DNA of 64,000 nt from Phycisphaerae bacterium (GTDB lineage Bacteria > Planctomycetota > Phycisphaerae > UBA1845 > Fen-1342). The notes beneath the pieces were generated by a model. That model was given only the letters and a program-made list of their open reading frames with translations. It was not told the origin of the DNA and ran no database searches. How positions within the stretch are numbered: the first letter of the stretch is position 1; the number at the start of each line of letters is the position of its first letter. Positions 26,054 through 35,397 of the stretch are shown piece by piece. A program made the translations under genes and the position numbers. The stretch covers positions 49,620 through 113,619 of the forward strand of contig JASFQK010000021.1 in assembly GCA_050115495.1 (NCBI GenBank). The letters are read 5' to 3'.

Positions 26054-28948
26054 ATGACGCGAGAGCGAAACTCAGAACCGGAGCCGAAGCCAAAGCCGAA
26101 GCGAAAGTCGAAGGCGAGGCCAAAGCCGAAGGCGAAGCCCACGCCCGAGTACGACGTCTTCATCTCGTACAGCAGCGAGGACAAGGCGTGGGTGCGCGGC
26201 GAGTTGCTCCAGCGTATCGAACAGGCTGGCTTGCGCGTCTTCATTGACTACCGCGACTTCACGCGTGGGGCCGCGAGCATAGAGGAGTGCCAGCGCGGGG
26301 TGGAAGAATGCCCGAAAACGCTTCTCGTCCTCACCCCAGGCTACCTCAGCAGCGAGTGGTGCGCAATCGAAAACATCATGGCGCAGACGCGCGATCCGGC
26401 GAATCGACAACTCCGGCTTATCCCGCTCCTGTTGCAGGAGTGTGAGAAACCGCTGCGCATTGCCTCGTTCACGCACATCGACTTCACCGACGGCGCCGAC
26501 CACGACCTCGCCTGGCGACAGCTTCTGACCGCCCTGGGCGCGCCGCCGGAGGCGGAGCCGGCGAAGGAGCCACAGCGCGACGACTGGTTCCTGCCGCATC
26601 CGTACCCGATGCCGCCGAACTTCACCGGACGTGCCGACGAGCTCGGGATGCTTAGCCAGTGGCTCAATGCCGACGGCGGGCATCCGTTGCTCGTCCTGCG
26701 GGCGCTGGGCGGGTTCGGCAAGAGTGCACTCGTATGGCACTGGCTCACGCACGATGTGGCCGCCGCCGACTGGCCGCGTGTCGTCTGGTGGAGCTTCTAC
26801 GAAGGTGACAACCAGTTCGACCACTTCCTCGCCCAGACGCTGGAGTACCTGGGCGTCGACAAGGCTACTCTACAGTCGCTCTCGGCCCACAGACAGGTCG
26901 ACACACTTCTCCAGAAGCTCCACGCCCCAGGAACGCTCCTCGTGCTCGACGGCTTCGAGCGTGCTCTCCGAGCCTTCGGCGGGCTGGATGCGGCGTACAA
27001 GGGCGATGAGACGGCGAAGACCGCCGAGAACGACTGCGACTGCATCTCGCCCCTCGCCGAGACGTTCCTGCGCGGCGTGGCCACACTGCCGAACATCCGC
27101 GCGAAGGTGCTGCTCACGACACGTCTGCGTCCGCGGGCGGTCGAGGATCACGGCGCGCTGCTCGCCGGCTCCCGCGAGGAGGAATTGCGGCAGATGCAGC
27201 CTGCCGACGCCGTCGCGTTCTTCAACGCCCAGGGCATCCGCGGCACGCGGGCCGAGATCGAAGTGGCGTGCGCACCCTACGGCTACCACCCGCTCAGCCT
27301 CCGCCTGCTCGCCGGCTGGATCGTGCGTGACCTCGAACAACCCGGCGATATCGCCGCCGCCCGGCGTCTGAACATAGACGGCGAACTTGTCTCCCGACAG
27401 CATCATGTTCTGGAAGTGGCCTACAGCAGCCTCACGCCCGGCCGCCGAGCGCTGCTGAGCCGCATCGCCTGCTTCCGCGGCCCTGTCGCGTACGCCACGC
27501 TCAAGACACTGGCCGAGTCCGCGGACGAAGCTGGCGCCACGCTCGACGCCGACTTGCACGACCTCGTGGCCCGCGGGTTGCTGCACCACGACAAGCGTGA
27601 GGGCCGCTTCGACTTGCACCCCATCGTCCGCCGGTACGCCTACGACCGCCTAGCCGCCCCTGATCGCTCCGCCACCCACACTCAACTGCGCGACTACTTC
27701 GCCGCGAAGGCTCCGCCGGACGAGATGGCATCCCTGGACGACCTGGCCCCGGTGATCGAGCTCTATTACCACATGATTCGCGCCAGTAAACTTGAAGAGG
27801 CGTTCTTGTTGTACCGAGATCGCCTCGGAGTGCTGCTGCATCATCGGTTCGGTGCGTATGAACTGGCCTTCTCGTTACTGCTCGCGCTCCTGCCCGACGG
27901 TGCCAACAACCCGCCCCGGCTCGCGCGAGAGGAGGCTCGCGCTTGGACGCTGAACATGCTTGGTATCAGCGCGGCCACCCTCGGGCGGCCGATGACTGCC
28001 AAGTCCTTTCTGGAACGGGCAGCCCTGATCTATGACGGCTGGACGAACTCTAATGAACAAGTTGCACTCTGGGAGTACTGCTTCGATATGCCCTCCTTTC
28101 GGCGAGCTGCGATGCAGTCGCTTGCGATCGTGCTCTATAACCTCGGCAGTCTCCTGCACCGCGTCGGTTCGCTGCGATCCTCTGAGGCGCGTCTGCGCCG
28201 TAGCATCACGCTCAGCTCACGTGTCGGAGACGTCGACTGGGAAACGGGCGGACGGATGGAGATAGGAAGACTCCTCAGCTTCACCGGTCGGTCGGACGAC
28301 GCGCGGCGCGAACTGGCGTCTGCGCTGACCTTGGCCGAGACACGTAGCGAACTGCAGGCCCAATGCGTGACCTGGACGTACGCGGGTCAACTGGACTTGC
28401 TGAACGCCCGTGTCTCCAAGTGGTGGTCCCGGCGCCGGCTCGTGAAGCAAGCCGTCGCGGCATCTACCCAGGCGATGGTACTGGCCCGCGCCGCTGGCCA
28501 AGCCCGGTTCCCGGTAGAGCGTGACCACGTGCACACCTTCTGGCTGCTGGGCGCAGTCCACCGTGCCGCGAAGCAATATCATCAGGCGGACTCCCACCTG
28601 ATCGAGGCGCTGGAGCGCTGCCGGCGGATCAACCTGGTGGAGATGGAAGCCGACATCCTCATCGACCTCGCGCGGCTGCGGGCGACTACGGGCAACCCGG
28701 AAGAGGCGCAGCGGCTGGCGGAGGAGGCGCTGGTCATCACGGACCGCAGCGGGTACGTGCTGCAAGGGGCGGATGCGCATCTGGAGCTCGCCAAGCTCGC
28801 CCGCGGTCGCAAGGAGCTCGACGCCGCGAAGGAGCATGCCCGGCGGGCGCGGACGCTCGCTACGTGCGACGGCCCGCCGGACTACACGTACAAGGCCGCC
28901 TACGACGAAGCCGGGGTCTTGCTGACGGAGTTGGGTGAGACCCCCTGA
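26054..28948 (+). CDS. TIR - STAND NTPase - TPR protein (bacterial NLR-like, putative defence)
   Basis: TIR YDVFISYS...YLSSEWCAIE; FTGRADEL; Walker A ALGGFGKS; Walker B LLVLDGFE; VLLTTR; HPLSLRLLA; FDLHPIVRRYA; C-terminal TPR helices. Confidence 0.9.
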   Translation: MTRERNSEPEPKPKPKRKSKARPKPKAKPTPEYDVFISYSSEDKAWVRGELLQRIEQAGLRVFIDYRDFTRGAASIEECQRGVEECPKTLLVLTPGYLSSEWCAIENIMAQTRDPANRQLRLIPLLLQECEKPLRIASFTHIDFTDGADHDLAWRQLLTALGAPPEAEPAKEPQRDDWFLPHPYPMPPNFTGRADELGMLSQWLNADGGHPLLVLRALGGFGKSALVWHWLTHDVAAADWPRVVWWSFYEGDNQFDHFLAQTLEYLGVDKATLQSLSAHRQVDTLLQKLHAPGTLLVLDGFERALRAFGGLDAAYKGDETAKTAENDCDCISPLAETFLRGVATLPNIRAKVLLTTRLRPRAVEDHGALLAGSREEELRQMQPADAVAFFNAQGIRGTRAEIEVACAPYGYHPLSLRLLAGWIVRDLEQPGDIAAARRLNIDGELVSRQHHVLEVAYSSLTPGRRALLSRIACFRGPVAYATLKTLAESADEAGATLDADLHDLVARGLLHHDKREGRFDLHPIVRRYAYDRLAAPDRSATHTQLRDYFAAKAPPDEMASLDDLAPVIELYYHMIRASKLEEAFLLYRDRLGVLLHHRFGAYELAFSLLLALLPDGANNPPRLAREEARAWTLNMLGISAATLGRPMTAKSFLERAALIYDGWTNSNEQVALWEYCFDMPSFRRAAMQSLAIVLYNLGSLLHRVGSLRSSEARLRRSITLSSRVGDVDWETGGRMEIGRLLSFTGRSDDARRELASALTLAETRSELQAQCVTWTYAGQLDLLNARVSKWWSRRRLVKQAVAASTQAMVLARAAGQARFPVERDHVHTFWLLGAVHRAAKQYHQADSHLIEALERCRRINLVEMEADILIDLARLRATTGNPEEAQRLAEEALVITDRSGYVLQGADAHLELAKLARGRKELDAAKEHARRARTLATCDGPPDYTYKAAYDEAGVLLTELGETP

Positions 28949-28967
28949 TCGCCGGGCCGGATCGGCC

Positions 28968-29972
28968 TTAGCGGTCGGCGGTGGCCGGGCGGCCGGCGCG
29001 GACGCGGCGGACTAGGTCGGCGACCGCGCGTTGGACCGGCGAGTCGAGCGGCAGGGCGTACGCCCGCTCGCCGGTGCCCGAACCGCAGATGGCCACGTTC
29101 AGCCCGACCAGCCGGCCGTCGACGTCCAGCAGCGGCCCGCCACTGAAGCCCGCTTCGAGCCGCGCCGTGCTCTCGACCAGCCCGTCATAGCACCGCCCGC
29201 CGGCGGGAGCGAGCCACTGCTGCAACGACGCCCGCGCCGCCGTCACCACGCCCGGACGCAGACAAACCCCAACCCCCGCCGACGGCCGCCCAATCGCCAC
29301 CACTGGCGTTTCCGCCCGAACACCAGCGGGTCGTACTCGCTCGCCAAACGCGCGCGGCGTTTGTGCCTCAGCGCCCGCCGGTGGAACTCGCTCGCCAAAC
29401 GCAGGCCCGCCGGCCCGCCCCGGCAGTTGCCCGCCCGCCACCACCGCCGTTTCCGCCAGCGCAGCATCGCCCGCAGGCGTCAGCTCAGCAAGCCCCCCGC
29501 AGTCAATCGACAGCACCGCCACATCGAACCGCTCGTCGGCGGCCACGCACTCCGCCCGATGGCACGATCCATCCGGCAGAATGACCGACACCTCCACCGC
29601 CTCGCGAACGACATGCTCATTCGTCAGGATCAGCCCGTCGCCGGCGATCACGACGCCGGTGCCACCCGAAGGCGCGCACGTCGTCCGGACGTCGCCGTCG
29701 CGCCCTGCCTCGCCGGCGCCACGTCGCACGAGCGTCCGCACGTGCACAACGAACGCCGCCGCCCGGTCGGCATGGCGCAGCAGTCGCGCCATCTCGCCCG
29801 CCGTCGGCTCCGCCGGCAGTGCCGATACGCGCGCATCTGCGCCAGCCGGGCGCAGCCGAGCGCAGACGCGCGCCCACTGCTGCCGGCTGTGCCGCGCTGT
29901 CGGCCCGCCGCCCGCGCAGCCGCCGACCAGCACGAACCAGACCAGGAGCGTAGCGAAAGCCGCGCGGCCCAT
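28968..29972 (-). CDS. Trypsin-like (S1C/HtrA-type) serine protease lipoprotein without PDZ
   Basis: Lipobox VGGC; GTGVVI...ILTNEHVV (His), DVAVL (Asp), GFSGGPL (Ser). Confidence 0.85.
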   Translation of the reverse strand: MGRAAFATLLVWFVLVGGCAGGGPTARHSRQQWARVCARLRPAGADARVSALPAEPTAGEMARLLRHADRAAAFVVHVRTLVRRGAGEAGRDGDVRTTCAPSGGTGVVIAGDGLILTNEHVVREAVEVSVILPDGSCHRAECVAADERFDVAVLSIDCGGLAELTPAGDAALAETAVVAGGQLPGRAGGPAFGERVPPAGAEAQTPRAFGERVRPAGVRAETPVVAIGRPSAGVGVCLRPGVVTAARASLQQWLAPAGGRCYDGLVESTARLEAGFSGGPLLDVDGRLVGLNVAICGSGTGERAYALPLDSPVQRAVADLVRRVRAGRPATADR

Positions 29973-30076
29973 GACGGACGTTCCTCCACCGGCCGGGTCG
30001 TGGCCGACGGAAGAACTCTACAAATAGTCTGGGAGCGATGACGGGGACGCGGGCGTGGAATTCGGGCGGCACCGGC

Positions 30077-30166
30077 GCGTCGAAAAAGGGGACAGGCACC
30101 TCGCGGCGTGCGGTTATGGCGATAACGAAAGCCCTTCGGCTCGGAGCCAGTCCCCTTTTTCGACGC
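30077..30166. repeat. Palindromic REP/MITE-like element, GGGGACAGGCAC family, copy 1
   Basis: 17-bp terminal inverted repeats GCGTCGAAAAAGGGGAC / GTCCCCTTTTTCGACGC; inner AGGCACCTCGC...GGCTCGGAGCCA. Confidence 0.85.
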
Positions 30167-30170
30167 CCTG

Positions 30171-30617
30171 CTAAGGCCCGATATCCAGCGTCGCCGCAAG
30201 CTGGCGATAAGAACTCAACGCACGCGCGTATTCCGCGCGAACGGCGGCGACGTCCGCTCGCGTGGCGGCGTCGCGGAGCCGCTCCAGTGCGGCGCGGAAA
30301 TCCGCCGCCTCGGCACATGCCGCCGGCCGCTGCGCTTCGCTGAGAGAAACGAGCCGGGCCTCGCTGTCCCAGGCGGCGCTTTCCCGCAACAGCGTGTCGC
30401 TTTTCTCCGCCAGCATTCGTAAGGCGTGCTGCTGCCGGTCGCGAACAGGTTTTCGGACGGCGCGGTGGTGCGGCGTCACGGCCTGCTCGTAATACGCGGA
30501 GACTCCCGGCAGCCCTTCAGCAGTCGCCCGCCGATCCCCGCTCGCACATCCCCACATGCTCACGGCGAAGAGTGTCGCCAACACTACAACCGGCAGGCGC
30601 ATGACGAAATACCTCAT
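30171..30617 (-). CDS. Hypothetical helical lipoprotein
   Basis: Hydrophobic leader with lipobox MWGC; start may be 30602. Confidence 0.7.
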   Translation of the reverse strand: MRYFVMRLPVVVLATLFAVSMWGCASGDRRATAEGLPGVSAYYEQAVTPHHRAVRKPVRDRQQHALRMLAEKSDTLLRESAAWDSEARLVSLSEAQRPAACAEAADFRAALERLRDAATRADVAAVRAEYARALSSYRQLAATLDIGP

Positions 30618-30743
30618 TATCGGGCACGACATTACAGCGATTCTGCGAAGGCCAGAACGCTCCACTCAACACTAGGCACCCGGCGATGTAGAGTCAACGC
30701 GAATCCGCGGCGACCCGGTGGCGTAGCGTGGCCCGGCGATGGT

Positions 30744-30822
30744 GAAAAGGGGACAGGCACCTCGCCGTGGGCAGTCTCCGCGACGAGAAGGGCTCCCTGG
30801 CTCGGAGCCAGTCCCCTTTTTC
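30744..30822. repeat. Palindromic REP/MITE-like element, GGGGACAGGCAC family, copy 2
   Basis: GAAAAGGGGACAGGCACCTCGC...GGCTCGGAGCCAGTCCCCTTTTTC, same orientation as copy 1. Confidence 0.85.
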
Positions 30823-30831
30823 GCAGGCCAG

Positions 30832-31011
30832 CTACGCGCCCGGCTGCGCGAGAGCGATCAGGTTCGCCAGCATCTCGCCCGTCGCGTCGGTGACGAAATC
30901 GAGCATGCCGCCGTACAGGGCGTCGCGGAAGTCCGTGCTGCACGTGCCGCCGAGAAGCGGGATGAGACTCGCGGCGGCGATCAAACGGGTCCACTGAAAC
31001 CAACGACTCAT
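30832..31011 (-). CDS. 59-aa putative small lipoprotein absent from the ORF track (MSRWFQWTRLIAAASLIPLLGGTCSTDFRDALYGGMLDFVTDATGEMLANLIALAQPGA)
   Basis: GAGGAG RBS, ATG 31011, TAG 30832; lipobox-like LGGTC; starts 20 nt after the porin stop. Confidence 0.7.
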   Translation of the reverse strand: MSRWFQWTRLIAAASLIPLLGGTCSTDFRDALYGGMLDFVTDATGEMLANLIALAQPGA

Positions 31012-31031
31012 GGATGCTGCTCCTCAACGGG

Positions 31032-32363
31032 TCAGAAGGCGGCCTGCACGCGAAAGCCCGCCACGAACGCGTCCCGGCCATGCTCGCCGCCGGGACGAAG
31101 AATCCACTGAAAATCCGGCCCGACCGACAGCCAGGGCAGCAGTTCCGCCCGGTAGTACAACTCGAGCACAGTCTCGCGGTGCGGATCGGCACCGGTCAGA
31201 CGCAGGTCCTCGCTGAGCAAACCCTGCGCCGCACCGAAGGCGATGACGTCGTCGTCGCGCGTCGGAATCAGCCCCTGGTACTGGGCCCCGGCACTCCAGA
31301 AGTGCTCGATCTCGTTCACGTCGCCGTGGGCGAAGCTGTAACGCACGAAGACGCCGAGCCCCTGCTCGTCGCCCTCGTCGTCCGGACGCTCGCGGAAGAT
31401 GACTTGGTCGATGCTCGTGTAGAAGCCGACGTCGTCCCGGCGGTACGGCACGGTGCGGCGCCGCCCGTCGAGATCGTCGAAGAACCGCTCCTTCGGCTGC
31501 GGGTCGTACCACAAGCCGAAGCGGTAGTTGCCCGGCAATTCGCCCCACGCGGTCTGCAAACGCGGCGTCAGGCCGAACTCGTAGATGCTGAAGGAATCGC
31601 CTCGGCCGTGATACGCCGTCCGGAAGCCGGTCTCGCGGGCGTCGGCCTCCGCGTCGGCGACGCCGGCCCCGAAGTAGAGCCAGTCGCACGGCGTCGCCAC
31701 GAACTGGATGCCGTGGCCGTTGTCCGGAAACGGCACGTTGCCGCTGTTGATCAGCGCGTTGTTGAGGAACTGCGCCGTCTCGTCATTGGCGAAGGCGTTC
31801 GTCTCGAAGTCGACGCCGAGGTCGAGCTTGCCGGCCCGCACGCGCAGACCGCCGTCGAAGAACGTGTGCTCGTACCAGAGCTCGGTCAGGTCGATCGAAC
31901 GATCGCCGCCGGCGTCGCCGTTCACGCCGAACAAATCGCCGACGTACCCGGCGTCACTGATGCCGTCGTCCCAACTGCCTTCAGCCAGGGCGTAGAGCAT
32001 GCCCCCCTGCCATAGCTTGATCGCTTCAAAATCCAGACTGAGCTCGAGATCGTAGCTGCCGCTCACGCGATGGGCGTTCTTCGTCTGCACGCCGCCCCTC
32101 GCGTTGTGCTGGTAGATGGTCGTCAGGCCGAGGTCGATCGTGATACCGCGGTCTTCCAGGAACGAACGCCCACCGCACCAATCGCCGGTAAGACGGTCGC
32201 TTTCGAATAGGCTGTCGCCGTCTTCGTCGGCTTCGTCAGCTCCGTCGCCTTCGGAGCGTTCAGACTCCTCCGACGGCGACGGCTGCGTGGTCGGCGGCTC
32301 GTCGGCGGCAGCCAGCGCGAGGATGGACAGCAACAGCACAATCGCCGGCGGTCTGGTGGTCAT
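31032..32363 (-). CDS. oprB: OprB-family carbohydrate-selective porin
   Basis: RLTGDW.G.R..LED.GI, LTELWYEH, RAGKLD, ETVLELYY, PDFQWILRPGG, terminal Phe. Confidence 0.88.
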   Translation of the reverse strand: MTTRPPAIVLLLSILALAAADEPPTTQPSPSEESERSEGDGADEADEDGDSLFESDRLTGDWCGGRSFLEDRGITIDLGLTTIYQHNARGGVQTKNAHRVSGSYDLELSLDFEAIKLWQGGMLYALAEGSWDDGISDAGYVGDLFGVNGDAGGDRSIDLTELWYEHTFFDGGLRVRAGKLDLGVDFETNAFANDETAQFLNNALINSGNVPFPDNGHGIQFVATPCDWLYFGAGVADAEADARETGFRTAYHGRGDSFSIYEFGLTPRLQTAWGELPGNYRFGLWYDPQPKERFFDDLDGRRRTVPYRRDDVGFYTSIDQVIFRERPDDEGDEQGLGVFVRYSFAHGDVNEIEHFWSAGAQYQGLIPTRDDDVIAFGAAQGLLSEDLRLTGADPHRETVLELYYRAELLPWLSVGPDFQWILRPGGEHGRDAFVAGFRVQAAF

Positions 32364-32837
32364 CTGCACGCTCCCGAAGGCCGAAGCAGCTCACCGACGT
32401 CGATAGCTCGCCGCGACGCCGGCAGAGGACGACCGCCGCCGATCCGGGACTCACGAGGCACTACCCTGTTGTGCGCCCGGCGGACATGACAACGCCGGGC
32501 TGCCGACGAGATCGGCGGCCGTCGTCTCTGGTTATCGGCTGTGTTCTCGCGAACGTTGAGCCGGTGTGTACTCGCGACCCGGCGGCTCCGGTATCGGCCC
32601 ACGACGCCGGCCGCGGAGGGCTCGCGGCCGTAAGCTACTGGCGGTCAATCGTTTACGCTTACCACCGCCGCTCAGACACGTGACCGGGCGGCCCGAGGGA
32701 GCCTCGCCGGGTGCGAAGCGTTGCGCGGTCGTCTATCATCTGCGAGGCGGGCCGCAGGTCCGGCCGGGCGCGGGCGACTGCGACCGGGCCGGGGTCGGCG
32801 ACCATCGACTGGGCGCTGTTGAACACGGAGACTCCGA

Positions 32838-33353
32838 ATGACCGAACGCCAGGGAGAGATCACGTTTCAGGGCAATCCGCGGACGCTTATCGGGCCGGCG
32901 CTCGAACCGGGCAGTGCGTCGCCACACTTCGTGCTCACCGGCAACGACCTGGCCGACCTGCCCTGCACGGCGTACCACGGCAAAGTCATGGTGCTGAGCG
33001 TCGTGCCCAGCCTGGACACCGGCGTGTGCGCGGCGCAGACGCGGACGTTCAACCAGGAAGCGACGAAGCTGTCCGGCGACGTCGTCATCCTCACGGTCAG
33101 CATGGACCTGCCGTTCGCCCAGAAGCGGTTCTGCGGCGCGGAGGGCATCGACCGCGTCATCACCGCCAGCGACTACAAGCACCGCGCGTTCGGGCCGGCG
33201 TTCGGCGTGCTCATCAAGGAGCTGGGACTGCTGAGCCGAGCCGTCTTCGTGATCGACCGAACGGGCAAGCTCGTCTACCGCGAATACGTGCCCGAGGTCA
33301 CGCAGGAGCCGGACTATGCGGCGGCGCTCGCAGCGGTGAAGGCGGTGATGTAG
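32838..33353 (+). CDS. tpx: Thiol peroxidase (atypical 2-Cys peroxiredoxin)
   Basis: SVVPSLDTGVC...TRTFN, VSMDLPFAQKRFCGAEGI, LLSRAVFV, EPDY. Confidence 0.95.
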   Translation: MTERQGEITFQGNPRTLIGPALEPGSASPHFVLTGNDLADLPCTAYHGKVMVLSVVPSLDTGVCAAQTRTFNQEATKLSGDVVILTVSMDLPFAQKRFCGAEGIDRVITASDYKHRAFGPAFGVLIKELGLLSRAVFVIDRTGKLVYREYVPEVTQEPDYAAALAAVKAVM

Positions 33354-33464
33354 GAGCAGAGGAGCAGAGGAGCAAAGGAGCAGAGGAACAAAGGGCGCCC
33401 TCCGGGGCCGCCCACGCGTGCGAGGCGTGCCCTTTGATCCTCCGGTCCTTTGACCCTTTGCTCC
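33353..33464. repeat. Octamer-array inverted element, copy 1
   Basis: 5 x GGAGCARA-like octamers, a 40-bp core, then 4 x TTTGATCC-like complementary octamers. Confidence 0.85.
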
Positions 33465-33499
33465 TCCCCCCGGACTCGCGCACATGCGCGAGAAGTGCG

Positions 33500-34204
33500 T
33501 CACGGCCTGTCCGGCAGCAGCCTCGCCACTTCCAGGTGAACGCCGACTGGGGGTAACACGGGCACGTCGGGTCGTTGGCCAACGATGATACCCCACACAC
33601 GGAACGTGCCGTCGGCGGCGCGCGAGGCGACGGGGCCACCGATGAAGCCGCTGTACTCCCCTGCCGGTACGAGCACGTCGTAGCAGCCGGCGGCGTGCGA
33701 GCCGAGGATGCGTCCGACGACGACTGACGCGGGCGTGCGCAGGTACTCGACGGGTGAGACGTCGCTGTCGGGCCGGGTGAAGCCAGCCAGCAGGACTGTG
33801 TCGCCGACGGCGACGGCGAAGTCGGGGGTGATCCGATTCGGCTCAGCCGTGAAGCCACGACCGATCAGGACAACCCAGGGGATCGACGGCTGAGAGACGG
33901 CGCGGGCGGGGTTCTTGGCCACCATCGGGTAGCCCTCGACGACGCCGACGAGGAGCGGCTGCAGCTCGCGCGCCGCCGTCACGTACTCGTTTGGCGAAAC
34001 GGGGAAGCCGGCGAGCTGGTGCTGTTCGGAAACGACGTGCACGACGCACAACATCTGCCCGTCCACGGCAACGCCGCAAGGGGCGCGTGAGGCGCAGCCG
34101 GCGACAATCGGCAACAGGAGAAGCGCCAGGCCGCCAATGCACGCTATCGTCGCCCGGCACGATGTGCGTGGCACGCGTTTCAGAATGAAACAGTTCAGCG
34201 ACAA
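33500..34204 (-). CDS. Lipoprotein, degenerate trypsin-like protease homolog
   Basis: GGGAGG RBS + TTG; lipobox VAGC; VTAARE and GFIGGP at the His and Ser motif positions; paralog of the adjacent gene. Confidence 0.65.
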   Translation of the reverse strand: MSLNCFILKRVPRTSCRATIACIGGLALLLLPIVAGCASRAPCGVAVDGQMLCVVHVVSEQHQLAGFPVSPNEYVTAARELQPLLVGVVEGYPMVAKNPARAVSQPSIPWVVLIGRGFTAEPNRITPDFAVAVGDTVLLAGFTRPDSDVSPVEYLRTPASVVVGRILGSHAAGCYDVLVPAGEYSGFIGGPVASRAADGTFRVWGIIVGQRPDVPVLPPVGVHLEVARLLPDRP

Positions 34205-34219
34205 GCGATCCCTCCCGCT

Positions 34220-34999
34220 TCAGTAGCTTCTCCAGAGCGCCCGCTGCAAGACGTCGGCGGGCAGCGGAGCCACGCCGAGCACGAAACGACGGCCCGCGTC
34301 GGTGTCAGCGTAGCCCTGGTAGACGATCGTGCCGAACACGCGCGGTTCGCCGTCTTCGCCGACGGTCGCTGCCGGCCCGCCGGAGAAGCCTCCGTAATCG
34401 CGGGCGGGCACGGCGACGAGTACGAGGCCAACCTGCTCGGGCGCCGGTGTCGTGGCTTCGATCGCCGTTCCCTCGATGATTGATGGCTGGATCTGCCAGT
34501 ATTGCTCGCGCGTGTATTTCTTGCCGGCCAGGAAGAGCCCGCCGAGCACGACACGTTGTCCGGGCCCGGGCAATGCGGTGGGGTCGATGATGTTGGTGTC
34601 GAACCGGTCCACCGTCCCGAGCAGCACGAGCCAGTCGTCCTGCGTCGCCAGGTCGTTGCGGTCGAGCCCCATGCGTTCGACGAAGTTGCCCACGAGCATG
34701 GGCACACCCTCGACGGCGGCGGCGCGGATGCGGCCGGCGAATTGGTGCCCCGAGCAGACGACCATACGAGAGTTGATCGGATATCCGGACGCCCCGCCGA
34801 ACTCGCCCGCGGCATGGAGAACGTGGAGGTCGGTGACGGTCGACACAGCGCGTGTTGCACAGCCTGAGGCGGCCAGGGTGAGCAGACAGAGCATGCCTGC
34901 GGCGGCGCAGCACAGGGTGCGGCAGCGCACCGCGGAATGCAGACCACGGCCAGAATCCAAGGGTCGCTCGATCGTTGCCCACTGTGTCGTCGCATTCAT
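34220..34999 (-). CDS. Lipoprotein, trypsin-like serine protease
   Basis: Lipobox ASGC; ASGYPI...VVCSGH (His), DDWLVL (Asp), GFSGGP (Ser); start uncertain. Confidence 0.7.
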   Translation of the reverse strand: MNATTQWATIERPLDSGRGLHSAVRCRTLCCAAAGMLCLLTLAASGCATRAVSTVTDLHVLHAAGEFGGASGYPINSRMVVCSGHQFAGRIRAAAVEGVPMLVGNFVERMGLDRNDLATQDDWLVLLGTVDRFDTNIIDPTALPGPGQRVVLGGLFLAGKKYTREQYWQIQPSIIEGTAIEATTPAPEQVGLVLVAVPARDYGGFSGGPAATVGEDGEPRVFGTIVYQGYADTDAGRRFVLGVAPLPADVLQRALWRSY

Positions 35000-35082
35000 A
35001 CATTCATTGATACGCGACGCGTCAAGAGGCCCACGTCCAGCTCTGGGGGGGGCGGAGGAACGGTGGCGGGCGAGGTGCGTCC

Positions 35083-35219
35083 TTTGATCCTCTGGCACAG
35101 AAGCACAGGAGCAAAGGGGCAAAGGAACAAAGGAGCAAAGGGGACGCCCCGAGGTCGGCCACGCCTGCGATGCGCGCCGTCTGACCCTTTGATCCTCTGA
35201 TCCTTTGCCCCTCTGATCC
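35083..35219. repeat. Octamer-array inverted element, copy 2
   Basis: 4 x GGRRCAAA, a core homologous to copy 1, then 5 x TYTGATCC-like octamers. Confidence 0.85.
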
Positions 35220-35397
35220 TCACCCGCTCCAGGCGCATCAAGCGCGAGTCCACCCAACAGCTTTCATAGGGCGCACCACGCGATTATCATGTCGCAACGC
35301 CGCTGATCTGGCGGTCATCCCCTGCCCCATTCGAGGGGAGTTGCGCGAAGATGCTGTATGTTGCTGTACCCGGCCGCGCCTCATCGAAAGGACCACT

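Noticed and set aside
32644..32657. LacI-like operator (AATCGTTT core) upstream of oprB
   Set aside because: Single imperfect site about 280 bp from the gene and no LacI regulator in the window
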